From the NCBI GenBank assembly GCA_964016885.1, contig OZ024746.1, positions 69,130,001 to 69,194,000 on the forward strand: DNA of 64,000 nucleotides, written 5' to 3'. The DNA is from Eledone cirrhosa. Its lineage: Eukaryota. Below the pieces are notes generated by a model. The model was not told the origin of the DNA. It ran no database searches and saw only the letters and a list, made by a program, of their open reading frames with translations. Position 1 is the stretch's first letter. Each line of letters opens with the position of its first letter. Shown here one piece after another: positions 51,701 through 64,000 of this stretch. The position numbers and the translations under genes are program-made.

Positions 51701-54700
51701 CTAGCACCTGGCTATCGAGTACCTTTAGCAGAGCAAGAATACAAACCAGGACTCCAGTCCAATGGGTAACTTGATAAGTTGAAGAAGTGTACCTTCCTAA
51801 TACAGTAACCTATGAGTTGTGATTTCTTCCTCATTTTCCGCTAACAGCTTCAGAAAATCTATAAAAAATCATGGGCCTTGATTCCTTCCTCTTCTAACTA
51901 AACAACAAAAAAATTAAAATAAATTTAAAAATTAGGCACCAGTCTTTAAAAACCCTTAAAGGTTTCTGAGAGATTTCCATATTTTCTCTTTCACCTGATA
52001 GAAAAATCTAGTAATAGAACTAAAGAACTTTTTCAGATTATTTTATCTAAGTTCCCTGACTTTGATTTCAATATTTACTAAGAGATTCCTGATTACTTTT
52101 ATATTTGCAATAAATTTGATTTTTGAAGATTCTAAAATAAAAATTTAAAGCATTGATGAAAACTTCCAGGACCATATATCTAATGAAATATTTTGTATTT
52201 TAATTAATTAATAAAGAATTTGGGAAAGATTTACTCAAATTTAATTTCATTAAGATGGTATGGTATTTGTGACATAAAATGTTCTTGTATAAAATTATGC
52301 TGGAAAATCTAAATCTAAGTAAGGAACCCATTAAAATGGGTAGTTTTGTTTCATTGAAACAAAAGCAGTTTTGGGTGGGCTTGTATCAAAAGAGTTAATA
52401 AATTGAATCTAACATTAGCAGGCACAGACTTACTGTGACCAAAATACAATGGGGGAATTTTGTCAACTTGAAAACAAGCCCCATTTTAGATTGTATCCAT
52501 GTTCAATCAGGTCATCATTTATAATTGGTGAAGTCATGCAAAGAAAGCTTGAGGGAAGGATAACGTGGGAATAATTTGGAAAATAATGCAAAATATTTTC
52601 TAAAGATTTCAAGAAACTGAGTAAAGAAAAAGAAAAAAAAATAGTTGACCATGTTTGGAAAGCAGGGGAAAAAAATTGAAGCTAAATGAAAATATTGGTG
52701 GGCAAAATATTAGCAGTGTCAACGTTTGCGGAATATACCAAAGCAAATCAGAAATATTGGGAAATGAAAGAAACATTGGCTCTCAAGGTTTGGAAAAAAG
52801 ATTTACACTATCTTTTTTTCTCAAAAAACAACAAAAAAAGAAGTGTTCTTTCAGTCCCTTACATGCAGATTATCTACTTGGCTGAATCACATAACTGAAA
52901 ATGCAATTCCTACGAGTCTATTTGGCCAGATAATAATAATTCAGTCTGAATTAATAATACTGATGTTTTAGACATTCCATGCTAAATTGCATTAAAGTTG
53001 GATAACACAATATATAATAAGGACATCTAAACAAAAAGAAAGCATCTTTAGCAATTTAAAATTGTAAAACCCTGCATCTTTGGTTTTTTGGAAGTGAATT
53101 ACAGAAGAGAAATAAGAACCTATGGTGAAATACAGAAAATACTGGCAATGGGAGAGAGAGGAGGATATGGAAGATAAAAAAAAAGAAGGCTTTTGTATAA
53201 ATGCCTAAATTTTAAATATAGAAAGTAATTGAAGTGTTGAAAAAAAAAAAGAAAGGAAAATATATATTTTGCAAGCAAGAAATAAATAACTACAACTATG
53301 CTAAAATTGGCAAAATATATTTTTTTCCTTTAAGCATCAAGTTTAATTTTAAAATACATTTTGCTCTAATGCATTAAATCAAGAAGATTAATTTCCCCAA
53401 TAAATATTTCTTTGGGCTGTTCCTTTTGATTTCTTTGTTGAGCTGACTTTGAAGAATAGCCTTAAGTGCCAGCTCAAATTTCTATATTGATTATTTACCA
53501 AATTGAATAACAGAAAAATGTGTAAATTCCTATATAACTAGAACCTTAGAAAAGACAAGATTATTCTCAGCAAGCATTGTCAAAAAACTCAACCCACAGC
53601 TGAAATCAATTGATTAGTAAAATAGAAAATAAGAGCTTAACTGAAAAGAATAGGATTTTTATTTGCTGTTCAATTTAACAACAATAGAGATGCACTGATA
53701 CTACTCCTAGCAAATATCCTTTCTCTAATCAGATATACTTCCAAAGAAAACCACCAAATTTGACAGTTCCTGTCTATTTATAACCAATCTGTTTTCTCTA
53801 AATAAATCAAACAAGTTCAGAAATGAAGCAAAGAGAAATAACAATTTTATTAACAGTAATAATAAACCAACGATTTTGGAGGGAGAGAGATATTGAACTT
53901 TCTAAAACCAATAAGTATTTGTTAATGGATTTATATGAACACAATCAAAAGAAAGGAATGCTACACTACATTTATTGTCAGTTTCTATACATAGTCTTAA
54001 AACAAAATGGAAATTAGAAACAAGTTATATGATTATTAATATGTATCTTTATTCTACATAGAATAGTAAGGTCTATTTAGCCTTGCAAGGGCCAAAGTTA
54101 CATCTCTATTGTTGGTACCACTATAAAATTACACTTCGTAAATTGATACAGTACATTTGAATAGCCCTAACACAGAGTAGGTAGGTTTCTCTAGTCTTCT
54201 TTAGGACATGCCAACTTCTATGTGTTAGTGCCACAGTAAAAAGCACATAGCACACTGTAAATGGTTGGTGTTAAGAAGAGCATAAAGTCACATTAACCAT
54301 GTCAGATTACAACAATGTGCAAGAGTGGGATTGCATTCTCTGGTCCATCTATGAGGGTCGTACCTCCAAATAGAAACTGATTCAGATTATAACGACCTAT
54401 CCAATCGATGCAGGCATGGAAAGTGAAACTAAAATGATGGTGAGCAGTTTTACAATTGTTAATGTTTCTCACTGAACTACAATATATAATAATTAAGCTT
54501 AGCAACATGTATGCAGATGAAAGCAATAGCACAAAAGATGAACCAAAGCAAAAAGGAAAGGTTTCAGATCAACACCTTTAAAATTAATAGAATTATATAA
54601 TCCAGACAACTATAAAAAAAAAAGTCTATAAGATTAAAGTCTGTCCCAAGCCTGGAAGCTCATCAGGCTAGACCATATCCTGATTTCAGTGACATTAAAT

Positions 54701-55179
54701 GACAGAGACTGCTCTCTTACTGGTACTCATTTTTAGCTGAGCTGACTTGATCAACATGAAATCAAGTGTCTTGCTCAAGAACACAACATGCCACCTGGTC
54801 AAACCTACATTATTATTTCAAGCCCAAAGAAAATATTGACATAAAAATAAATATATTAAACAACTTGTTTTATGTAGTTCATTACCAGCTCAACATCAGA
54901 TTTCCCAGGGTCACAGCAGAAAGACAAATCTAAAGAATAACCTTTTATCACAGTAATTAACTATCTAAGTTTTTTCATGAAACCACCAACCTTCAATTAC
55001 CTAAATTTATTTATCATTTTATTAAACAAGAGAAGAGATACTAGGTTAACCAATAAATTTTAATCATTGGAATAATCAAATACAAAGCTCATAGTTCTTA
55101 AAATAATTTAAATGCAAGAATAAAGACTTTGGATTTTGAAAGAAAGGTTTGAATCATAGCTCTATGGTAAGAGCTTCAT

Positions 55180-55467
55180 GAATGAACTTACAGTAAACTA
55201 CAACATTGTGATGGAATTTCATTGAACTACAATTTTATGATAGATTACAATGAACCACATTTCTATGACGGAAGCATATATTGAGCCATCACATCTCAAT
55301 GATGAGAGCTTAGATTGAACTACATCTTGATGATAGAAGATTACTTTGAACCATGACTTTATAATGGGAGCATACATTGAGCCATGACTTTACGATGGGA
55401 GGTTACATTGAACTATGACTATGATGTTACATTGAGTCATGACTCTATGATGGGAACTTACATTCAG
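55180..55467. repeat. Degenerate minisatellite, about 30-33-bp unit
   Basis: Recurrent TACATTGA(A/G)CCATGACTTTATGATGGGAG-like units, about 9 copies. Confidence 0.75.
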
Positions 55468-56334
55468 TCTTCTTTTAAATAAATTTCTATAGTGTAGCTG
55501 ACATTATCTAATTATACAATATATTGATTTTTTTTTCTTAAAGTTTACTTCATTCAAGTACATAACAATGAAACAAATATAGTTATGTATAAGTAAGTTA
55601 TATGATATTTCCTTTCTCTATATACATTACAGAGCTGAAACAACTGGTGCACATACTACTGAGAGAAAAATCATTCAAATATGATCTTCACATCAATACC
55701 AACACATGGATAACCTGATCCTAGAGCTAGACTTTCTTGACTATGTTTCTTGTCATTTATTACATTTTTAGTAGTTAGTGCACAGTTGTGTGTATCCGGT
55801 TTAGAATAGGTACATTGTATCCCTGAATACTATAAAATGTGGCTAAACAGGCAGCTGTCAGGGAGTGCACCCATCCATAAAAACATTGTCTCAAAAGGGA
55901 CCTTATAATGAGTATGAAGATTGTCATGGGGCCTGTAACTTTAGGGGGACACGGCATAAAACGTTTGTCCACATCTAAAAAGTGAGTTTCTACCCAGTTG
56001 CATGACCTGCTAAATACAGCAGCCAAAATCTTGTTAAGCAATTTATCTGACATCTTACAAACTATAATCATAATCCAAAATAACAAACATGTGATGGTTC
56101 TGGGTGTAGTAATTAAAGAATTCTATGACCAACAATCTTTTTGCCATAGCGATCATCATCATCAATTAACATCCATCTTCCACGCAAACATGGGTTAGAC
56201 GAGTCCTATTTTGAAGCAAGTTATGTTGAGTGACCCCAAAAAATCTACACTATACACTTCAACAGCATTCTAATACTGCCTGTACAGGTAATCAAAGTGT
56301 GTATACATATTTTTGGGACACCCTGTGTATGTGT

Positions 56335-56381
<47 letters not shown>

Positions 56382-56637
56382 TATATATTTATAAGAGTAA
56401 TTAATCAAGTTAATCCTAGTTATAATGTAAGTATTCTACAATATGAATAGAATATATTAAATTAATTGTACTAGGATAAGAAATAGCAGATCCCTAGCTT
56501 GCTGGGGAAATCAGTGGCTCTGCTTCAGTTTGGACTTGGTCTATATAGACCCATCCAACCCTCGCTAGTGGGGAAAGCGGACATCAAAACAACAATGATG
56601 GTGATGATTTTATATATATATATATTTAGACACATAA

Positions 56638-56675
<38 letters not shown>

Positions 56676-57658
56676 CATGTAAGGTGGGAGTGGAACCATG
56701 AAACCATCATAAAGTTACATCCCTCTGAGCAGTAGCCAGTCCTATCTCCTCATTATATTCCTCCTCTTCGTATAGCAAAGTAGAGGTGAGCAGAGTAGCC
56801 GAATAACAACAATGTGTGTTTTTGCTTCTGTGGAAATAATTAACTTTTGAGCTATGATAAATATTATTTGTAATACTAATACAGAGATGGTATTTTTTGT
56901 TTTTAATTCTGGAATGAGGAGAAATGAATGGAAGCAAAAAAACAAAACAAAGACACAAACTATATATAAAAAAAATCTATTTAAAAAAAGTTTACCCACT
57001 AGTTGCTAATTTTTACTGCTATTTCTCATCCTATTTTAAAAAAATTATTCATATTGTAGAATACTTACATAATAACTAGGATATGTCTGATTTAATTACT
57101 CTTGTTGATTAAAATCTATGTGCTAAAAGGTCAGGATGGTCGCAACTGAAATGTCTTTGATCACTGGCTTTAGGTAACTGAGATTACAAGACTATCCCCA
57201 GGATGGGACACTAGTTTGTCATAAGCCTAATTCCCTGTTGTTGCTGTGAAGTTATTAACTATAGTAAGCATTTGAGATATCCCAAATGTATTTTGTAATC
57301 TAGTATATAGGACTTCAGTTTTAAACCCAACAGAAATTTTACTCTTTATGATAAAAACAATGAGAAGTTTAAGTCAGCCAAATATAACAAACATCACAAA
57401 TTGAAAGGACAGCAGCAAAACAAGAAGGAAAAAAAAAAATTGACATAGCAATGGGAAATATTGAAAAAGAATGTCTGCAGGTCATTTCATGTCTACTCAG
57501 TGAAACCTAGATGGTGCAATGGAGAGAAGCCAGCAATCAAATTAGGCAAGATGAAGCATAATGACCAACACGAGAAAGGCTAAGACGAAGTTCAAGTGAT
57601 GCAAGGCTTTACAAATGGTTTTCTTTTTTTCTTTTCTTGAGAACAGTTTGGACGTTAC

Positions 57659-57871
57659 CTCGTATGGGGTTATTACAATAGTCTTTGTTATGGAGATAGA
57701 GATCAATATTGTTTTCACAGCCCACTTTTCTCATCTCACACTCATTACTGTAAAACTGGCCATCTGAAGCGCAAACTGAAGATGGGCTCTCATGACATTC
57801 GATGTCACACTCACAGACATTATTTTTACAAGTTGCACCATATGAACAGTTACTATTGCTCGTACAATGAT
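57659..57871 (-). CDS. Internal coding exon encoding a follistatin-type module (FOLN + Kazal, 10 Cys); probable upstream exon of the insulin receptor-like gene
   Basis: Acceptor ...ctatttctatttcag|AT and donor CGAG|gtaacg; 213 nt, phase 1-1, no stops. Translation: HCTSNSNCSYGATCKNNVCECDIECHESPSSVCASDGQFYSNECEMRKVGCENNIDLYLHNKDYCNNPIR. It carries the Kazal signature VC(A/G)SDGxxYxNEC. Confidence refers to the exon and domain; gene membership is less certain. Confidence 0.9.
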
Positions 57872-60452
57872 CTGAAATAGAAATAGATCAATCACAAGTT
57901 AAGTTTAGAAATCAGAGACTGTATAACATATACTGTGTGATGTGTGTCAGTCTTTGTATGTAACAATATATGTATATATATATGTATATATAGATATATA
58001 TATATATTAGGAATGGATTGAGAATTAAGAAACAAGAAAACAAAAAAAAAAGGTAAAAAGAATAAAAACAAAGAAAGAAAAAATAATGGTGTAATCCCAT
58101 AAAATACTGTAGGAAGGCAAGGAATATGATTAATAAAGAAAGGAATTTTAACAAAAGAATAACTTATTAAAGAGACGATATAGGTGTAAAATAAAAATTG
58201 ATTACATAAGTTATGAATTCTATTTTAATAAGTATTGAAGTATTATCTATATATATATTTTTTTTAATATTGAGTCAAAAAAGTAAAATAAATAGGAAAG
58301 GGTCACTGACTGTGTAACAAACCCTGTTAGAAAATATAATTTCTTAAATAAAGCAGTCTTCTTACACTTAATACTAAAATCCTGCAACGATTTAGTAAAA
58401 GAAAAACCCTGAAATTAAGCAATGCATATATTACAAACTTCAACTAAAGCTGAAAACAAAATACATACATATAAGCTTTAAAAAATAAAAAATAAAAATA
58501 TATATTTTTTTTAAATGATAAGGAAAAAAAGAATATTTTTCTGTTTTAATGCTATTTGTTGAAAATAAGACCATTAAAAAAAGAATATGAGATAAAATAT
58601 TGTTAGAATTACTTGATTTATAGAACTTCTGACAAAAAATTGCTAAAATTTAATTTGGCAATAAATATATTTTAATTTTCAGATCACAAAAGAAATATAT
58701 TATTTCTATATGTTATTTTTTTTAATTTATCATCTAAAATATATTAAAAAGTAGTTTTACACCTGGTGATCATTCATGAAAAGACTATTCAGTTGTTTTA
58801 AAAATCCCTAACTTTTTAAGCCCCATGACTTATTTCCCCTTACAAACCCCATAAGCCAACATTTTTTAGAATGAGTTAACTGCAACTCACTTGTACCCGA
58901 GAAAGCTCAGGGTCACTTTTTGATAGCGAAGAGTAGATTTTATTATCCAGTATACTATTGACAAATATATTAATTAAATTTGTAAATGTTCATGCCTGAT
59001 TAGGTGATTTTCTCATCATTATCAGCAGAGTCAGTGAAGATGTCTAATAATACAGCAACATGTCTAGAGTTATCTTTCATATTTGCTGAAATTATTAAAA
59101 TAATAAGTCACTGAGTTTAATGCTGCTGCAATGAACTATAGAGAGTGCTTTGACAGTATTTTGAAACTTAATACATTGTTTTAATAAGTCGAAAGTCAAA
59201 AGTCTGTCTCAAGCCTGGAAGTTCATCAAGCCAGTGCTTATCCCGGTTTCCATGGCATTAAGCGACTCAGAGTACATAACTCCCTCCTGGAGAGGATGCC
59301 AGTCCATTGCAGGGTTAAACCTCCAGCTACAGCTGAGTATACTGGAGCAACATGAAATGAAGTATTTTACTTAAGAACACACAACCCTGTCCCAGAATCA
59401 CAATGTTATGATCATAAGTCCAAGACACTTAACACTAGGCCATGTACAGTTTTAATAAGTGACTATCATAATTTCCATAATGTGCAACAGAATTTAGTGC
59501 CATCACTATGTTCATATTAATATAATTTACAGCATGTAATTTTTAGAATGCCAATAATATTCTTATTGAATTACATAATGAATATATATCATCATCCTCG
59601 TTTAATGTCCATTTTCCTTGCTAGCAAGGGTAAGACAGGTTTTCACAGCAAGTCAGTGAAGACACATTCAACCCGCGCGTGCAGGAAAAACACATTAAAA
59701 TGATGATAATGATATATAAATACTAATAGCAAATACTTATATCATTTGTATGAGCGAGTTCTCATTTCATTTTTTCTCCTATATATATATATATAATGAT
59801 TTATATTTAATAGTGAAAATATAGCTTTACTTGATTTTTTTTTTTTTTTTTGTAAAATAACTCCCCCACCACCTCTCTTCTTTATTAGAGCATTTCAGTT
59901 TTATTTTTATTGATAATATATTCATTGAAAGATTGAGAAATTTTTTTATTATCTTAGTTAAAGTTAACATTTTTTTTCTTCTTCAAAATTAGTATCCATT
60001 TCATTATTTTTTAATAAGCACAATGGAATTATAATTATTTTATCTATGTAGCATGTACATGAGATTACCAAGAGTGGTTAATATCCATGAACATAACATC
60101 AAAGGACATTTACTATAAAAATATTTACATTAAAAGAAATATTTTATGTACATGTGTAATATCATTGTGTGTGTAACAAAGTAGAGAGAGTGTGTGTGTG
60201 TGTGAAAGAGAGAGTGAAAGAGAAATAGAGAAAAAGAATTATGGAGAAAAAAAAGAGAGAGAGAGTAAATCTCCTTGCCATTGTTTATGAATAAAGCAAA
60301 CTGTAATCTTATTTTTAGACACATTTGTTTTCCAGACTGACTGACAGTTAATTCCACAAGCACAACCCTTTCTTGAACTTTTCTCATAAAAGTGAACAAA
60401 TGGTTAATAAAGTGTGTGCGTGTGTGCATGCGCGCGCTCGCGTATGTGTGTG

Positions 60453-60591
60453 TATTCATTTATTATGTCTAAATAGTGAGTCTTGTTACTCTAGAGTTTC
60501 ACCTGCTCACTCAGTTGTCTGATGACCATTTGAGTGAGCAGGTGAAATTCTAGAGTAACAAGACTCACTATTTAGTCATAATAAATGAATA
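60453..60591. repeat. Near-perfect hairpin: 61-bp arms, 17-nt loop
   Basis: 60453-60513 is the reverse complement of 60531-60591 with 2 mismatches. Confidence 0.95.
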
Positions 60592-62251
60592 TTTAAACTC
60601 TACTTTGGTATTGAGTACTCTTTTTTCTTGTCCGTCAACTACATACGTGCATACATGTACACACACACACTATGTATATATAATTAAGAGTGGGAAAAAT
60701 CAACTAAATAAGGTTCTCGGTACTTTAGTAGAGAAGATGTATATTTATTTCATAAACTTTGTGTGCTTTCTGTTCTATCATGTTTTTTAAAAAAAAAATT
60801 CCAAAAAAAACTTGACAACAAATGATACTATGTAATTTGTTAGAGAATTACTGAAGCAAAATTTGAGAGAAAGTGCAAATGATTTTAAATTTGTTGAAGA
60901 ATTTAGACAGAATATAACAAAACTATATTTGGAAAGGATATCGAAATAAACATTCAGAACTTGAAAGAATTCTCAAATGCTTACAAATATCTGAAATGAC
61001 TCCTGAATTGGAAGAGGAATTAAAAAAAAAAAAAAATCAGCCTTACAATCAACAAAATACAAACAACATATTTGATTAGATTTAATTTTAACAATATTTA
61101 AAATGAAAGATATCTTTATATTTTCTATAAATATGAGTTATAAAAGAAAACGCATCATAATTACTTATAAACTGATAAAACCACAGGATACCCTGTCTCT
61201 ATTATAAGCTCACTCATATAAAGTAATATTTTGTTTAAATTTTAAAAAAGCCCAATCAATTGATAAATCCTGTAATTAAATTTGAATATTTTGGACCAAA
61301 TTTAATAATGGCTTCTTATATTGACACATGGCCATATATTTTAACTACAGGGAACAGTTGAATAAATCTACTCCAGTACTTGACTGGTACTGTATTTTAC
61401 CAACCCCCAAAAAACATAGAAAGTAAAGTCGGCACAAAGTTTTTTTTTTTTCAAATTACTTATTTGCGCATTTATTAATGAGGAAATAATTTTTATGTAT
61501 GATTAATTGAAAAGCTTTTGTTTTCTCCACAATGCTATTAAACTTTTGAAAACTTGGTTTAAACATTGAATCTAAATTTAATTTGTTGATTTACTTATAA
61601 AAAGTTTCCTGTCCTTGCTTACCAAGAGATTAAGTCTACCGCCCAAGAACTCAGCATAAAGAACCAAAACAAATACTGGAAAACAACTTAATGAATGCTT
61701 TAACAATTCTGCTAATGAAAGGCAAAGTTGATCTCAGTAGAATTTGAACTCAGAATGTAATTCTTTCCAAATACTGCTAAGAACAACATAAACCAATAAA
61801 AAAAAAAAAAAAAGAAAAGAGGGGAAAGATTTAGAAAAAATGCAAGTTTGATTGTTGCGGCTATGGTTTAAAATTCAAATTATAATGTTTATTTAAAATT
61901 ATAGACACAAGTGGCTGAGAGAGAACAATAGCCATGAAAGAAAAAGTAAGAGAAAAATATTTAATTTCTAAATAGCTTAACACAAACAGCAGTATCAATA
62001 ATCAGCTAGGAAAAATAACAGAGCTATTAGGGTGCAAATTTTGATAAGAAAGCAGGGGCTGGTACTACTAAGTAGATTTCAATTGTGTCATCTTATCAGT
62101 AAAGAAAAAGCACAAACACAACCAAATTAAGTACAAATATAGTTTACTTTCTTTCATTATAAATATCTACATGAAAATTAAAAAAATTAAAAGACCTTTA
62201 TTGTACAAAAAGATAGGCTAGTGACTATAAAACATAATTGGGAATAAAAAC

Positions 62252-62308
<57 letters not shown>

Positions 62309-64000
62309 TTTACTGCAATAAACCATGTTGTCTAGGAGGAAGCTAGTGAGTCCATATGATGCTAAAATTTTATTTTTTCTTGTTAGTTTACTTTCTTCAT
62401 GTTTAATTCATTTTTTGCAAATCTCCAAAAGTTCTGTTCTGTCATATCTCATTCCCGCTTTTCTCTTCTCTTCTCTCTCTATCTATATACCCTTCTCATT
62501 TCTCATCTCATGCTTTAAACTCACTTTCTTTCTTTCTCTTTCTCTCTCTATTCAATATGTGGTTATATCTTAACCCAACTTTTTACTATACATACATTAT
62601 TCAGCTGTTTACAGCTACTCATCGCGCTGAGAATCCTACAAGTTTATATATAAATGTGTGTGTACACACACACACACACACAATTTCATGAAGGAGAAAA
62701 ACAACAGATGCATAAGTTACTGAGTAGTTTAAGAAACTAATCTAGACTTACTAGTGACCATATGCTATGAATTCAAATTCAAATCCTGCTTTGTACAAAC
62801 TACATTACATTCTTATGTGTCATGTCAATATACTATATTAGAAAACAGCTTCCACCTATAAAATTAACTCATGCAAATGTCCATATCCCCATCTGCATGA
62901 GAAAATGAATGGGGAAAAAAAACACAAAAACAAACAAACAACAGTACAAATAGTTTAACTGAAATTGATTTAAGCAAGTTATTTAGATCTTTTCTATTTA
63001 CATAGTCTTTCTTCTACGTTTGATCTGAAATGTCAACAGCTGAACTAAATAGACTAAACAGTCTAGTCAACTTGTCACCTAAACTGAACATTTCATAAAA
63101 GAAACATGGTGTTATTTTGAACCAAACACATGTGAAATACAAGGCAATCTCCATGGTGCCTATGTCACGATAAAAAGCACTCACTGTACTCTGTAAAATG
63201 GTCAGCAAATGAATAGAGACAACTTAGGGTAAAGAGGAATATTTAGTGATTGGCTGACAATATCTGCATTGGACGTCATGAGCGGCCCTGTTCACCATGC
63301 TGTGGAAACACTGATTAGAGATGGCTCAACCTATTTTGGGTGAACACTGACACATGTACAAGATCCATATATATACAAGTTCAGAGATTTAACTTCTAAA
63401 GCTATGTATTTGACATTTCATGAATAACCAGACCACCATGCATCAAACTTTAGGTAATTGCATGTAGCACTAATGTCATAAAGTGAGTATCGGTAGAGGG
63501 TTGGACGCTATGCTTTGCAGCATAGAGTTACGGCCCTCTATGGTCTGAGTTCAAATCTCGTCAAGGTTAACTTTGCCTTTCATCCTTACGGGGTTGATAA
63601 AATAAAGTACCAGCAATGCACTGGGGTAATTGTTGGCCTTACGCCAAAAGTAGAAAGAATTATTATTGGAACTGCTGTTCTACGGCTACAATCCCTCTTT
63701 TGACTCAGTCATTATTCTTGATAAGCTAACCCAACATGAGTTGAAATGAGAAATTCAGCCATAGAACAGTGACACTAAAATATATAAACTCTACATGTTA
63801 ATATGTATTGAGTACTCCACTAAATCTAGACGTCTTTGGAATCTTGTGTAGATGTAAACATTGTCAAAAAATTTCACCTCTGAAGATGTGGTTAATTAGT
63901 ATAAAAAATTAGCAATGTAATAAACAACTTATCTCAAACATTTATTTAAGCATTTAACCAAAAATTAGTTTTAAAAAATCTCTTAATATATAATACCGAA

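Noticed and set aside
59000-59090. Candidate extra minus-strand exon (tttcag|CAAATATGAAAG...)
   Set aside because: It hits a stop after about 28 codons, with no convincing donor and no signal-peptide or domain character.

Overview
This is AT-rich eukaryotic (animal) genomic DNA. The SINE families suggest a cephalopod such as Octopus, which is an inference. The window holds the 5' part of an insulin/IGF-receptor-family gene on the minus strand. Five exons (27780-27268, 7984-7818, 3369-3186, 1480-1385, 612-465) splice in frame through GT-AG junctions and encode the L1 domain, the furin-like Cys-rich region and the start of L2. The ORF track misses a sixth exon 30 kb upstream on the same strand (57871-57659). 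It encodes a complete 10-Cys follistatin/Kazal module and splices in phase onto the L1 exon, suggesting an insulin receptor with an extra N-terminal follistatin-Kazal domain. The introns are packed with mobile DNA: a near-full-length Tx1/L1-type LINE inserted in an (AAT)n tract, two RTE-type LINE fragments, two non-autonomous Helitron copies, three tRNA-derived SINE families, TTAA-flanked MITEs, hairpins and a 51/52-bp minisatellite. Two of the SINE families share their 3' ends with LINEs in this same window. No signal-peptide exon, kinase exons, CRISPR array or true RNA gene was recognised.
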